Of a stretch of DNA of 64,000 nt, positions 36,086-50,138 are shown one piece after another. Below the pieces are notes generated by a model. That model saw nothing but the letters and a program-made list of their open reading frames with translations. It was not told where the DNA came from and made no database searches. This DNA is from a candidate division WOR-3 bacterium. Its GTDB lineage: Bacteria; SDB-A. Location of the stretch: assembly GCA_016926475.1 (NCBI GenBank), contig JAFGON010000073.1:9942-73941 (forward strand), given 5' to 3'. The stretch's first letter is position 1, and each line of letters starts with the position of its first letter. Both the position numbers and the translations under genes were made by a program.

Positions 36086-38269
36086 ATGCGATTTAAACCA
36101 GTGAAAAAAGAAACTTTTGCGCTATTTTCTCTTGCGGGAATTTTCACTCTCGTAGGCGTTTTGTATTTGCTTCAAATCTCAAAAAAACCATTTTTCGGTT
36201 ATTACCTCGGCGATTCGATGTATTTCGACAAATACGCCCGGGCGATCGCTCAAGGAGACATTTTCGGAAATGAAGTCTTTCACAAAGCTCCTTTTTATCA
36301 GTATTTTTTAGGTCTCATCTACGCAGTCTTCGACTGGACTCCTTTCATGCCGAGACTTATACAGATTTTTTTAAATTCGATATCTTCGATATTCGTTTTT
36401 TTCATCGCGAAAAATATTTTCGGTAAAAAAACCGCCTGGACATCTTTTTTCTTCGTCTCATTGAACGGAGTGCTGATTTACTTTTCAGGCGAAATACTCA
36501 TGCCGACTCTACTGACTTTTCTAATCCTATTTTCTATTTATCTTTTTCTCCGAACTCATAGATCCGGATCTTCGGTTTTATACTTTTTTACAGGTTTTGC
36601 TTTCGGCCTCGCATCTATAACGAGGCCCAACTTTCTAGCCGCGGCGACGGTTCTAATAGCCGTTTCTGTGATACGGGGCAAGAAGACTCTTATCAAAAAA
36701 AACCTGCTCTTGATCTTCGGGTTGATAATTCCGATAATTCCAGTCACTCTCAGTAATTTCTTTGCGGGTAAAGATTTCGTTCCTATATCCTCCCAGGGCG
36801 GAGTTATTTTTTACATCGGCAACAACAGACTTTCAGACGGAATGACCGCGGTTATACCCGGAGCCGGAGACGATTGGGACGAAATAGCCCTAGCCGAAAG
36901 AGAGACCGGAAGAACAATGAAACCTTTCGAAGCCTCAGGTTTTTGGTCTAATAAAACATTCAAGGAAATTGGAGAAAATCCGGTATTTTTCATAGTTCTG
37001 ATTTTAAAAAAAACCGCGTATTTTTTTTACGGTTTCGAAATTCCCAACAACAAAAACATATACCTCGCTACCCGGGGAACATTTCTGTCATTTTTTGTAA
37101 AAAAGATCCCCCTGCCCATGGGTTGGAGCCTTTTTATACCTTCAGGAATACTGCTTCCTCTTGGATTGTCCGGAATGATAGTTTCCCTCCGGAACCGTAA
37201 AGCGCTGCCTCTTGTTCTCACTGTTTTATCTTATGCAGTTTCGATAATCGTATTTTTCGTCTTCAGCAGACTAAGGGCTCCTCTTTTGCCGCTGTTTTCT
37301 ATTTTCGCCGCTTTCTTCACCGTTAAAATTTATCAAGAGCTGAAGAATAAGAGGTTTTTAGCCTTTTCGTTGCCCCTTTTTTTGATACTTTTCCTGTTTT
37401 CAAACTACGAATGGATAAAATCCGACTTTTCATCGCAGGCAATGCACCACTTCAACTTGGGTTTGAAACACCTCAACAAATCCGACCTCGGAAAAGCCTC
37501 CCTTGAATTTCAAACCTGCCTGAGGTTGAACCCCGTCTACCCCAGAGCTAATTTGAACTTGGGGTTGATCTCCCAAAGATGCGGAGACCTCAACTCGGCT
37601 AAATACTTTTACGAGCGCGAAAAATCCCTCCATCCTGAAGAGTTCAGGGTTTACAACAATTTAGCGGTCGTGAATTCTCTCGAAGGTCAAGATTCCCTAG
37701 CCATTGAAAATTGGAAAAGGGCTATACGGATCAACCCTCGATACACACAAGCGCGCATAAATCTCGCCATAAAGTATGAATACTTCGGATTTCAAGATTC
37801 GGCGATTATACAATACAACCAAATTCTCGAATACGACAGAAAATCAATATCTGCCCTGTTGGGCAGGGCGAGAATCCATCACGCTAGCGGCAGATTACAG
37901 GAATCAGCGAACGACTATGAAAATGCGATAGCAATCGACGCGGGTAATTACGAGGGCTATTTCAATTATTCACTTTTGCTGTCACAAAACAACAATTACG
38001 ATTCCGCACTGACTCTTCTCATGAAATCCACCCAATTAAATCCTGATTTTGCTCCCGCATACAACAATATCGGACTGTGTTTTTACTACAAAGGAGATTT
38101 TGAAAACGCTTTATACTATCTAAAAAAAGCAGTTTCTCTCGACTATGAGTCAATCCAGAGCCACCTCGCCCTCGCGCTTGTATATGAAGCTATTGGTCAA
38201 ACTGAAAAAGCTGTTTCAGAGAGAAGAATCGCCTCATCTCTTTCGGAAGAGATTAAACAAGACCTTTAA
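36086..38269 (+). CDS. GT39/ArnT-like membrane glycosyltransferase fused to C-terminal TPR repeats
   Basis: About 450 aa of polytopic membrane domain with a PMT/ArnT-like layout, followed by about 270 aa of TPR repeats (NLGL.., YNNLA.., YNNIGL..). Confidence 0.7.
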   Translation: MRFKPVKKETFALFSLAGIFTLVGVLYLLQISKKPFFGYYLGDSMYFDKYARAIAQGDIFGNEVFHKAPFYQYFLGLIYAVFDWTPFMPRLIQIFLNSISSIFVFFIAKNIFGKKTAWTSFFFVSLNGVLIYFSGEILMPTLLTFLILFSIYLFLRTHRSGSSVLYFFTGFAFGLASITRPNFLAAATVLIAVSVIRGKKTLIKKNLLLIFGLIIPIIPVTLSNFFAGKDFVPISSQGGVIFYIGNNRLSDGMTAVIPGAGDDWDEIALAERETGRTMKPFEASGFWSNKTFKEIGENPVFFIVLILKKTAYFFYGFEIPNNKNIYLATRGTFLSFFVKKIPLPMGWSLFIPSGILLPLGLSGMIVSLRNRKALPLVLTVLSYAVSIIVFFVFSRLRAPLLPLFSIFAAFFTVKIYQELKNKRFLAFSLPLFLILFLFSNYEWIKSDFSSQAMHHFNLGLKHLNKSDLGKASLEFQTCLRLNPVYPRANLNLGLISQRCGDLNSAKYFYEREKSLHPEEFRVYNNLAVVNSLEGQDSLAIENWKRAIRINPRYTQARINLAIKYEYFGFQDSAIIQYNQILEYDRKSISALLGRARIHHASGRLQESANDYENAIAIDAGNYEGYFNYSLLLSQNNNYDSALTLLMKSTQLNPDFAPAYNNIGLCFYYKGDFENALYYLKKAVSLDYESIQSHLALALVYEAIGQTEKAVSERRIASSLSEEIKQDL

Positions 38270-38291
38270 TTTGATGTTTTTTAAAGTCCAA

Positions 38292-38320
38292 TTGACCTAA
38301 ATTGTTTTTTGAAGTATTAT
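38292..38320 (+). promoter_or_regulatory. Sigma-70-like promoter of tdh-kbl
   Basis: TTGACC, 17 nt, TATTAT, about 55 nt upstream of the AGGAGG RBS and ATG 38375. Confidence 0.5.
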
Positions 38321-38374
38321 AGGGTTCATCGGTCCCTAAAGAATCGCGCAAAATATCAAAACTTTCAAGGAGGA

Positions 38375-39331
38375 ATGTTGAAGAGAATTCTCGTAACTGG
38401 TTCTGCAGGACAAATCGGCTCTGAATTGACTATGTATCTCAGAGGTAGATACGGTTCTGAAGGTATCGTCGCTGGAATACACAGAACTCAACCCTCTGAA
38501 AAAATAATTCAATCCGGTCCGGTCGAAAAAGTTGACTGCAGAGATTATAAAGCTCTCACTGAAATCGTTGAAAAGCACAAAATAGAAGTCATATACCATC
38601 TCGCGGCGATTCTCTCAGCGACAGGGGAACAAAATCCTCAGCTCGCGTGGGATATCAACATGAATGGACTATACAATGTCTTGGAAATAGCCAGAGAAAA
38701 AAAATGCGCTGTATTCGTTCCCAGTTCAATAGCCGCTTTCGGGCCTGAGACCCCGAAAGACAAGACCCCTCAGGACACTATTCAGAGAGTTTCCACTATG
38801 TACGGAGTGACCAAAGTCGCCGGAGAACTCCTGAGCGACTACTATTTTAATAGATTTGGAGTCGACACGAGAGGGTTGAGATACCCCGGCATAATTTCCT
38901 ATGAAACCCCTCCCGGAGGGGGTACGACGGACTACGCCGTTGAGATTTTCTACGAAGCTATAAAGAAGGGAAAATACGGCTGTTTTCTCAAATCCGACAC
39001 AATGCTCGACATGATGTACATGCCCGACTGCCTTAAGTCTACAGTTGAATTGATGGAAGCCGACCCTTCAAAACTAAAACACAGAAATGCTTTCAATGTC
39101 ACTGCCTTCAGCTGCACTCCGGAACTCCTCGCTGAAGAGATTAAAAAACATATACCGGAATTTTCCATATATTACGAAATCGACGAAGTTAAACAGTCGA
39201 TAGCCAACTCTTGGCCAAACAGTTTAGACGACAGCGCGGCGAGGGATGAATGGGGTTGGAAACCTGATTACACGCTTTCAGCGATGACAAAAGATATGCT
39301 GGAAAAACTCTCAAAAAAGATCAACGGATGA
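38375..39331 (+). CDS. tdh: L-threonine 3-dehydrogenase (short-chain/epimerase-type)
   Basis: ILVTGSAGQIGSEL Rossmann motif and a YGVTK catalytic YxxxK. It sits directly upstream of kbl. Confidence 0.85.
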   Translation: MLKRILVTGSAGQIGSELTMYLRGRYGSEGIVAGIHRTQPSEKIIQSGPVEKVDCRDYKALTEIVEKHKIEVIYHLAAILSATGEQNPQLAWDINMNGLYNVLEIAREKKCAVFVPSSIAAFGPETPKDKTPQDTIQRVSTMYGVTKVAGELLSDYYFNRFGVDTRGLRYPGIISYETPPGGGTTDYAVEIFYEAIKKGKYGCFLKSDTMLDMMYMPDCLKSTVELMEADPSKLKHRNAFNVTAFSCTPELLAEEIKKHIPEFSIYYEIDEVKQSIANSWPNSLDDSAARDEWGWKPDYTLSAMTKDMLEKLSKKING

Positions 39332-39344
39332 CAGGAGGTCAGTT

Positions 39345-40577
39345 ATGCCGGTAAATAAACTTGAAAATGTCCTCGCTTCCTCTTTAGCGGACCTGAAGAA
39401 AAAAGGTACCGCGAAAGGAAAAGAATTCATCATAGAAAAAATCATCAAGCCACAGGGGGAAAAGGGTCCTCGGTATTTTCTGAAAGGTTTTGAGGAAAAA
39501 GAATACATCAAGATGAATTCGAATTCATACCTCGGTATGTCTTTGAGACCGGAAGTCGTTGAAGCCGAAGAAAAAGCTGTCAGTGAATACGGAGTAGGAC
39601 CAGGCGCTGTCAGATTTATCAGCGGAACACATAAACCGCACAGAGATTTGGAAAAAATGCTCGCCAAGTTTCATGGAAGAGAAGACGCGATGATATTCAG
39701 CGCCGCTTATGTAACTGTACTGAGCACAATATCTGCTCTTGCTTCACCTGAAACAGTAATAATAAGCGACGAATTGAACCATAACTGCATAATTAATGCG
39801 GTCAAACTTTCAAGACCGAAAGCCAAGACCATATACAAACACAACGACGTATCCGATCTGGAGGAAAAAATCAAGAGTTTTGTCGGCAAAGCTTCCCGGA
39901 TACTGATAATAACCGACGGCATCTTCAGCATGAGAGGCGACTACGCGCCTCTGGACAAGATCACGCAAATCATAAAAAAATACGATTCCAATTTCGACGA
40001 AAACATAATTTTAATAGTTGACGATTCCCATGGAGTGGGCGCTTTTGGCAAAACAGGAAGAGGGACAGAAGAATACACGAATTCCGGAAAGATCGATATT
40101 TTAATTGGAACTCTAGGCAAAGCCTTCGGCGTAAATGGCGGTTACGTCACCGCGGATGAGACGATAATCAACTTTTTAAGGGAATCTTCACCCATGTATA
40201 TCTATTCCAACCCGATCACTACTTCCGAAGCCGCGTCGGTTATAAAAGTTTTGGAGATTATAAACAGCGAAAAAGGCGCAGAAATATTAGAACACCTGAG
40301 AAGCATGACGAAAAAATTCGAAAAAGGCCTTCTGGATCTCGGTTTTGAAATTATCGTCAGCGACCATCCAATCGTTCCTGTTCTCGTAAGAAACACCGAA
40401 AAAACGGCTGATCTCGTCAAATTCCTTGTGGAAAACGGAGTTCTGGCGACAGGACTTAATTACCCGGTTGTCCCGAAAGGAGACGAAACGATTAGGTTTC
40501 AAGTAAACGCTGATCACACTCCTCACGACATTGATTGCGTAATTGAAGTTCTGAAAAAATACAAAGAAAAAAAATAA
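39345..40577 (+). CDS. kbl: Glycine C-acetyltransferase (2-amino-3-ketobutyrate CoA ligase)
   Basis: Alpha-oxoamine synthase motifs (DDSHGVGAFGKTGRG, GTLGKAFG with the PLP lysine). Paired with tdh. Confidence 0.85.
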   Translation: MPVNKLENVLASSLADLKKKGTAKGKEFIIEKIIKPQGEKGPRYFLKGFEEKEYIKMNSNSYLGMSLRPEVVEAEEKAVSEYGVGPGAVRFISGTHKPHRDLEKMLAKFHGREDAMIFSAAYVTVLSTISALASPETVIISDELNHNCIINAVKLSRPKAKTIYKHNDVSDLEEKIKSFVGKASRILIITDGIFSMRGDYAPLDKITQIIKKYDSNFDENIILIVDDSHGVGAFGKTGRGTEEYTNSGKIDILIGTLGKAFGVNGGYVTADETIINFLRESSPMYIYSNPITTSEAASVIKVLEIINSEKGAEILEHLRSMTKKFEKGLLDLGFEIIVSDHPIVPVLVRNTEKTADLVKFLVENGVLATGLNYPVVPKGDETIRFQVNADHTPHDIDCVIEVLKKYKEKK

Positions 40578-40611
40578 AGAAGGGGATTTCTCCCTTTTAA
40601 TTTTTTTTTAA
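40578..40611. terminator. Intrinsic terminator, usable in both directions
   Basis: AGAAGGGG/TCCCTTTT stem (8 bp, two G-U pairs) followed by a T9 run on the plus strand and a U-rich run on the minus strand. Confidence 0.65.
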
Positions 40612-40696
40612 CAAGTTCACGGATTAGGAGAGAGGACCTCTCCTCTAGTATAATTAACAAGCTTTCGGATTAGGGGAGATTCTCTCCCCTCTAATC
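40610..40696. repeat. Two tandem ~45-bp direct-repeat units, each with a GA-rich hairpin
   Basis: Unit A: AACAAGttcacGGATTAGG-AGAGaggacCTCTCCT-CTA. Unit B: AACAAGctttcGGATTAGG-GGAGAttcTCTCCCCT-CTA. The stems are 7 and 8 bp. Unit B abuts the stop codon of the 5S subunit gene. Confidence 0.5.
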
Positions 40697-42184
40697 TTCG
40701 TATGCATCGTAGGTGTAATGGCCTACTTCGGTCACTCCTACTTCGTAATCCTCCCCGTCTACGCTAATGACAAACTTTCTTGAAGGATGGTTTTGAGGGA
40801 TAAAAATGTCTCTTGCGTCTTTTTCCTGTTTGTCTTTCTGTTTCATTGGATCTTTTCTAAATTCAAAGAAATCCCTCGCGGGTTGAGGGAAAAGAGCGTA
40901 TGACAATATATCTTCTTCATCTTGGGTTAAATCTTTTATTTCATCCTTCATCTTATCCCATTCTTTGCCGATAGTGTCTGCTGGTCTTCCGATAATGACT
41001 TTTTCGTCGCCAATTGCGAGTTTCATTATTTTTTTGTCGATTGGAGCAGGCGTTCTGCCGTACAAGCCTTTGCAGAGATCTTTGACCTCTTTTATCACGA
41101 CTTTGTACCTCTCACCCAGAAGAACGTTCATAGCCGCCTGGGTTCCTACAATCTGACTCGTCGGAGTGACCAGTGGAACCCATCCGAGCTCTTCTCTCAC
41201 TTTTGGAATCTCCTTGAGTACATCTTCAAACTTATCCATAGCATCCTGTTTTTCAAGTTGGCTGACGAGGTTCGAAAACATGCCTCCCGGAACCTGGTAT
41301 ATGAGAGCTCTCACGTCGACTCTCTCCGCGAGATCAATCCAGTAATTTGAATACTTTTCTCTTATGGAATTGAAAAAAGATATCAGTTCAGGAAAGTATT
41401 TGTCTTTTATACTCGTGGGATTGTCCGTCTCTCTGAGCGCTTCGACGATACTTTCAGTTGTAGGCTGCGAAGTTCCTTGCGAGAGAGGGGATATTGCAGT
41501 GTCGAGATGATCCACTCCGGCTTGAGCCGCGGCGTAATAACTTATCGGGGCAAGACCGGCGCTGCAATGGCTGTGAAGACAAACCGGGAGTTTTATCTCT
41601 TTTTTCATCTTTGAGACAAGATTGAAAGCGGCGACCGGAGATATCAAACCCGCCATGTCTTTTATTGTTATGATATCAACTCCCAGGTCTTTTAGTTTTT
41701 TCCCGACATCAACAAAAGTATCAAGAGTGTGAACGGGACTTATGGTGTAATTTACCGCTCCTTGAACTATCGCCCCGCATTTTTTAGCCGTTTCTATGGA
41801 CTTTTCCATGTTTCTGACGTCGTTTAAAGCGTCGAATATCCTGAAGACATCTATACCGAGGTCGAACGCTTTCTTCACGAACCTTTCGAGAATATCATCA
41901 CCGTAATGCCTGTATCCCACGAGGTTCTGACCTCTCAAAAGCATTTGAAGGTGGGTTTTTTTCACTCTTTTTTTAAATTCTCTTATTCTGTCCCATGGGC
42001 TCTGCTTTAGGTATCTAAGAGCTGTGTCAAAAGTTGCCCCTCCCCACATTTCAAAAGACCAATAACCCATTTGATCCATTTTTTCGAGAATTGGAATCAT
42101 ATCCTCAGTTCTGAAACGAGTCGCCATCAAAGACTGATGAGCGTCCCTGAATACAGTCTCAGTTATTTTAACCGACATTTTCAC
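40691..42184 (-). CDS. Carboxyltransferase 5S subunit (oxaloacetate decarboxylase alpha / pyruvate carboxylase B-like, no biotinyl domain)
   Basis: N-terminal ITETVFRDAHQSL, an HMGL-like TIM barrel and a conserved C-terminal helical domain. There is no AMKM motif. Confidence 0.85.
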   Translation of the reverse strand: MKMSVKITETVFRDAHQSLMATRFRTEDMIPILEKMDQMGYWSFEMWGGATFDTALRYLKQSPWDRIREFKKRVKKTHLQMLLRGQNLVGYRHYGDDILERFVKKAFDLGIDVFRIFDALNDVRNMEKSIETAKKCGAIVQGAVNYTISPVHTLDTFVDVGKKLKDLGVDIITIKDMAGLISPVAAFNLVSKMKKEIKLPVCLHSHCSAGLAPISYYAAAQAGVDHLDTAISPLSQGTSQPTTESIVEALRETDNPTSIKDKYFPELISFFNSIREKYSNYWIDLAERVDVRALIYQVPGGMFSNLVSQLEKQDAMDKFEDVLKEIPKVREELGWVPLVTPTSQIVGTQAAMNVLLGERYKVVIKEVKDLCKGLYGRTPAPIDKKIMKLAIGDEKVIIGRPADTIGKEWDKMKDEIKDLTQDEEDILSYALFPQPARDFFEFRKDPMKQKDKQEKDARDIFIPQNHPSRKFVISVDGEDYEVGVTEVGHYTYDAYED

Positions 42185-42588
42185 TCCAGTCCGATCAAAG
42201 GTTCACCCGCTGTCACGCTCTGTCCTTTTGAACAAAATATTTCTGACACTTTCCCGTCAGCGGTGGCGTTGATAGCCGTTTCCATTTTCATCGCCTCAAG
42301 TTTTAAAAGAAGATCTCCTGTTTTCACATCGTCGCCTATTTTGACGTCTATTGACAGCACGGTTCCCGACATCGGCGCGGTCACTTCTTTTCCACCGCTA
42401 ACACCCGCACTTTTTGTTTTTTGTCCGGCATCTTTTAACACGATTTCTCTCGGTGCGATCTGTGAAGGAGGAGGGATGTAAGGTTTGTTGACCTGTCCCG
42501 CCATTCTCAATATTTCCGGAGAAGTAATTTCCTCGACTTCAACTTCATATTTTTTCCCTTTGAATTTTATTTCGTATTTTCTCTTCAT
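42181..42588 (-). CDS. Biotin carboxyl carrier (1.3S-like) subunit
   Basis: C-terminal biotinyl domain with LEAMKMETAI. Start placed at internal ATG 42588, which forms an ATGA overlap with the upstream small ORF. Confidence 0.85.
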   Translation of the reverse strand: MKRKYEIKFKGKKYEVEVEEITSPEILRMAGQVNKPYIPPPSQIAPREIVLKDAGQKTKSAGVSGGKEVTAPMSGTVLSIDVKIGDDVKTGDLLLKLEAMKMETAINATADGKVSEIFCSKGQSVTAGEPLIGLE

Positions 42589-42779
42589 TTCTTCCACCCT
42601 CTCTTGAATGAAGATTTCTGGTTCATTACAATTTGACGCCGCGTTATTCCCCAAAGGTTTATGTCGCTCGTGTGAACAGGTTTAATGGAGAGAATTTTGC
42701 AACCAACCCTTTCGTTTTTAAAATACTCGGAAAGTGCGGCAAAAATCAAAACTATTTTTTCTTCCGTCAATTCACTCAT
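42585..42779 (-). CDS. Small (64 aa) operon-internal protein, unknown; possible carboxylase accessory subunit
   Basis: GGAG RBS. ATGA coupling to the carrier-protein gene. It lies between the 12S and 1.3S genes. I recognise no motif. Confidence 0.45.
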   Translation of the reverse strand: MSELTEEKIVLIFAALSEYFKNERVGCKILSIKPVHTSDINLWGITRRQIVMNQKSSFKRGWKK

Positions 42780-42789
42780 TTTATCTCCT

Positions 42790-44343
42790 CTAAAGGGGCA
42801 TATTGTCATGCTTTTTGGCCGGCAGAGAATCTTGTTTGGTCACGAGAATCGAAAGCGCACTTGCCAACCTCATCCTGGTTTCCTCTGGAAGTATTACCAT
42901 ATCGACCAATCCCCTCTTGGCAGCTTCATAAGGGTTGGTGGTAGTGTTCGTGTACTCGTCTATCAGTTCTTTTCTCTTTTTAACAGGGTCCGCAGTGGCT
43001 TGAATCGCTTTGTTGAATATGATGTCAACTGCGCCATCGGCTCCCATCACCGCAATTTCAGCTTGAGGCCAAGCCATGACGAAATCAGCTCCGAGGTCTT
43101 TGTTGCACATCGCAACAGAAGCGCCTCCATATGATTTTCTCAGGGTTATGTTAATTTTAGGAACCGTCGCCTCGGAATAAGCGTAAAGGAGTTTGGCTCC
43201 ATGCCTGATTATACCGCCAAATTCCTGTGTTTTACCGGGTAGAAAACCCGGAGTGTCGACAAAAGTGACGATTGGAATGTTGAAAGCATCGCAAAATCTT
43301 ATGAACCTCGCTGCTTTATCCGAAGAATTTATGTCGAGACAACCCGCCAGTACTTTGGGCTGATTGGCGACAATACCGATCGAAATGCCGGCTATCCTGG
43401 CAAAACCTATCACCATATTCTGAGCGTAAAGGGGTTGAACTTCAAAAAAATCTCCGTCATCGATTATTTTTTTTATCACTTCAATGACGTCGTAGGATTG
43501 TTTGCCTTCGGTGGGGACGATATACCTCAGATCCATATCCATCCTGTTGATGTCGTCGCCTGAGTTGAAATAAGGCGGATCGTCAATGTTGTTGGAAGGT
43601 ATGTAGGATATGAGCTTTTTAACCATTTCAAAACATTCTTCCTCGTTCTGAGCGATAAAATGACCGTTTCCGCTGATGGCGTTGTGAGTATACGCTCCTC
43701 CTAATTCTTCCGAAGATACATCTTCCGCCGTAACGGCTTTTATGACTTTGGGTCCGGTTATATACATGTTGCTTACGCTGTCGACGAGAAAGACAAAGTC
43801 TGTCAGAGCCGGGCTGTAAACAGCTCCTCCGGCGCAAGGGCCAAGAATTACGCTTATCTGGGGAATTACACCCGAGCTTCTGGAATTCCTGTAAAATATC
43901 TGCCCGTATCCATGTAGTGAATCCACTCCTTCCTGAATCCTCGCCCCGCCAGAATCATTTATTCCTATTAGGGGAGCTCCCGTTTTAAGAGCCAGATCCT
44001 GAATCTTGGCGATTTTCAAAGCATGCATCTCTCCTAAGGCACCACCGAAAACCGTAAAATCCTGGGAAAAAACGTAAACGAGTCTCCCGTTTATGAAACC
44101 ATAACCTGTGACAACTCCTTCTCCGGGAAGTTCTTTATCTCTCATTCCGAATTGCTCCGCTCTGTGGTGAACGAGCATGTCGGTTTCAATAAATGAACCT
44201 TTATCGAGGAGTAAAGAAATTCTCTCTCTCGCTGTTTTTTTGTTTTTAGCATGCTGCTTGACGGCTCTTTGCTCATCCAAATCGAGAACAATTTCTTTTC
44301 TGTCCACAAGCTCTTGAATGAGTTCGTTTATATTTTTCTTCAC
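42790..44343 (-). CDS. Methylmalonyl-CoA carboxyltransferase 12S / propionyl-CoA carboxylase beta-type subunit
   Basis: 517 aa with two crotonase-like carboxyltransferase halves (GGARIQEG, GPCAGGAVYSPALTDF, GIIRHGAKLLYAY). Confidence 0.9.
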   Translation of the reverse strand: MKKNINELIQELVDRKEIVLDLDEQRAVKQHAKNKKTARERISLLLDKGSFIETDMLVHHRAEQFGMRDKELPGEGVVTGYGFINGRLVYVFSQDFTVFGGALGEMHALKIAKIQDLALKTGAPLIGINDSGGARIQEGVDSLHGYGQIFYRNSRSSGVIPQISVILGPCAGGAVYSPALTDFVFLVDSVSNMYITGPKVIKAVTAEDVSSEELGGAYTHNAISGNGHFIAQNEEECFEMVKKLISYIPSNNIDDPPYFNSGDDINRMDMDLRYIVPTEGKQSYDVIEVIKKIIDDGDFFEVQPLYAQNMVIGFARIAGISIGIVANQPKVLAGCLDINSSDKAARFIRFCDAFNIPIVTFVDTPGFLPGKTQEFGGIIRHGAKLLYAYSEATVPKINITLRKSYGGASVAMCNKDLGADFVMAWPQAEIAVMGADGAVDIIFNKAIQATADPVKKRKELIDEYTNTTTNPYEAAKRGLVDMVILPEETRMRLASALSILVTKQDSLPAKKHDNMPL

Positions 44344-44354
44344 TCTACCCCCTT

Positions 44355-48733
<4,379 letters not shown>

Positions 48734-48736
48734 TTA

Positions 48737-49081
48737 TTAATTAAATCGAGCTTTCGGGTCGGTAAATTTGATCTTTGAAATTTTTTTATTCTGAGGCAGT
48801 TTTTTGTTCAATTTTGTCATGATCTCTTCTTTGAGGAATTCCAGCTGCTGTCTCCATACTGGATTTTCAACCTCGACGGTCAGAACTCCTCCTTTTGTGA
48901 ATAGCGGTTTTGTATGAAGGTTGATTGGCGGTCCGATGGTTTCGCTCCAAAGAACTCCGGCGACGCCCTCTTCGGATTTATCGAAAATATTGCCCAATAC
49001 ATCAGCGATTATATCATTTACCCACAGAGTTTTTCTATACCGGTTTTTATCGGTTTTTGACAATTTTTTTTGCATTTCCAT
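48737..49081 (-). CDS. DUF721/DciA-like protein
   Basis: 114 aa. The segment W..TIGPPINLHTKP...GGVLTVEVENPVWRQQLEF matches the DUF721 pattern. It occupies the classic recF-gyrB position. Confidence 0.72.
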   Translation of the reverse strand: MEMQKKLSKTDKNRYRKTLWVNDIIADVLGNIFDKSEEGVAGVLWSETIGPPINLHTKPLFTKGGVLTVEVENPVWRQQLEFLKEEIMTKLNKKLPQNKKISKIKFTDPKARFN

Positions 49082-50135
49082 CGCTTATTTCAAAATAAGA
49101 GCTGACTTTATCTTCGGTTATAACTTCTCTGTCTGCCGATGCCAGAACAACCTGCGGATAAGAAGATATTTTTTCTTCCAGTTTAGTCACTGTATTTTTG
49201 TCGAGTTCAATAAAAGCCTCATCAATCATTATTACGGGGTATTCCCCCGCAAAAAATTTAAATATGTCGACTTCAGCTAATCTGAATAAAAACGACAAAA
49301 GCCTCTGTTGTCCTCTTGAAGAAAACTTCGACGCGTCTAGTCCGTTGAGAAAAAACACGAAATCGTCTCTGTGAGGTCCCTGTGTTGTGGTTATCAAATT
49401 CAGGTCTTTGTTTAAGTTCAATGCCAATTTTTCCGAAATTTCACCGTTTTTTATAGACGGATAATACTTCAAATCAACACTTTCAAAAGAAAACTTCATC
49501 TGTTCGAGAAGTTTCAATATATTCTCTTTCAGGCTTTCAATGATTTTGCCTCTTTCGCTGATTATGTATTCTCCGTACAAAGCGAGCATCTTGTCCCATG
49601 AAGTTATTTCAGCTTCCTGGCTTTCCTTGTTCCTGATTCTTTCAAGAAGAGCGTTTCTCTGCCTTAGGGTCTTGTTGTACCATCTTAAGGATTTGAGGTA
49701 CTCGCCGTCGACAGAAGACAGCAGTATGTCAAGTGCTCTTCTCCTCTGTGCCGAACCTTGGGATACAACGTCAGCATCTTCAGGGGAGAACGGAATCACT
49801 GCGAGTTCTCCTATCAAATCAGATTTTTTGTCCAGCTGAGTCCCATTTTTCTTGAACTCCTTTTTTCTACCTGAATATTTGACGCTGAGAGATATCTCCT
49901 CGCCTTTTTTTTCAAAAACAACCGAAATTGAAAAACCCGTTGAAGAAAACCTCACGAGATCGTCTTCAAAAGCGTTTCGAAAGGATTTTCCATAAGAAAT
50001 GCAATGTAGTGATTCGAGCAAGTTGGTCTTTCCACTGCCGTTGTCACCGTAAAAAAAATTGATCCCTCTTTCCAAATCTAAATCAGCGTTTTCGAAATTT
50101 CTGAAATTTTTCAGATGGAGCCGCTTTATAAGCAA
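49047..50135 (-). CDS. recF: DNA replication and repair protein RecF
   Basis: Walker A GDNGSGKTNLLE, an SMC-like signature (SRGQQR) and Walker B IMIDE. TTG start. Confidence 0.92.
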   Translation of the reverse strand: MLIKRLHLKNFRNFENADLDLERGINFFYGDNGSGKTNLLESLHCISYGKSFRNAFEDDLVRFSSTGFSISVVFEKKGEEISLSVKYSGRKKEFKKNGTQLDKKSDLIGELAVIPFSPEDADVVSQGSAQRRRALDILLSSVDGEYLKSLRWYNKTLRQRNALLERIRNKESQEAEITSWDKMLALYGEYIISERGKIIESLKENILKLLEQMKFSFESVDLKYYPSIKNGEISEKLALNLNKDLNLITTTQGPHRDDFVFFLNGLDASKFSSRGQQRLLSFLFRLAEVDIFKFFAGEYPVIMIDEAFIELDKNTVTKLEEKISSYPQVVLASADREVITEDKVSSYFEISDGNAKKIVKNR

Positions 50136-50138
50136 ATA

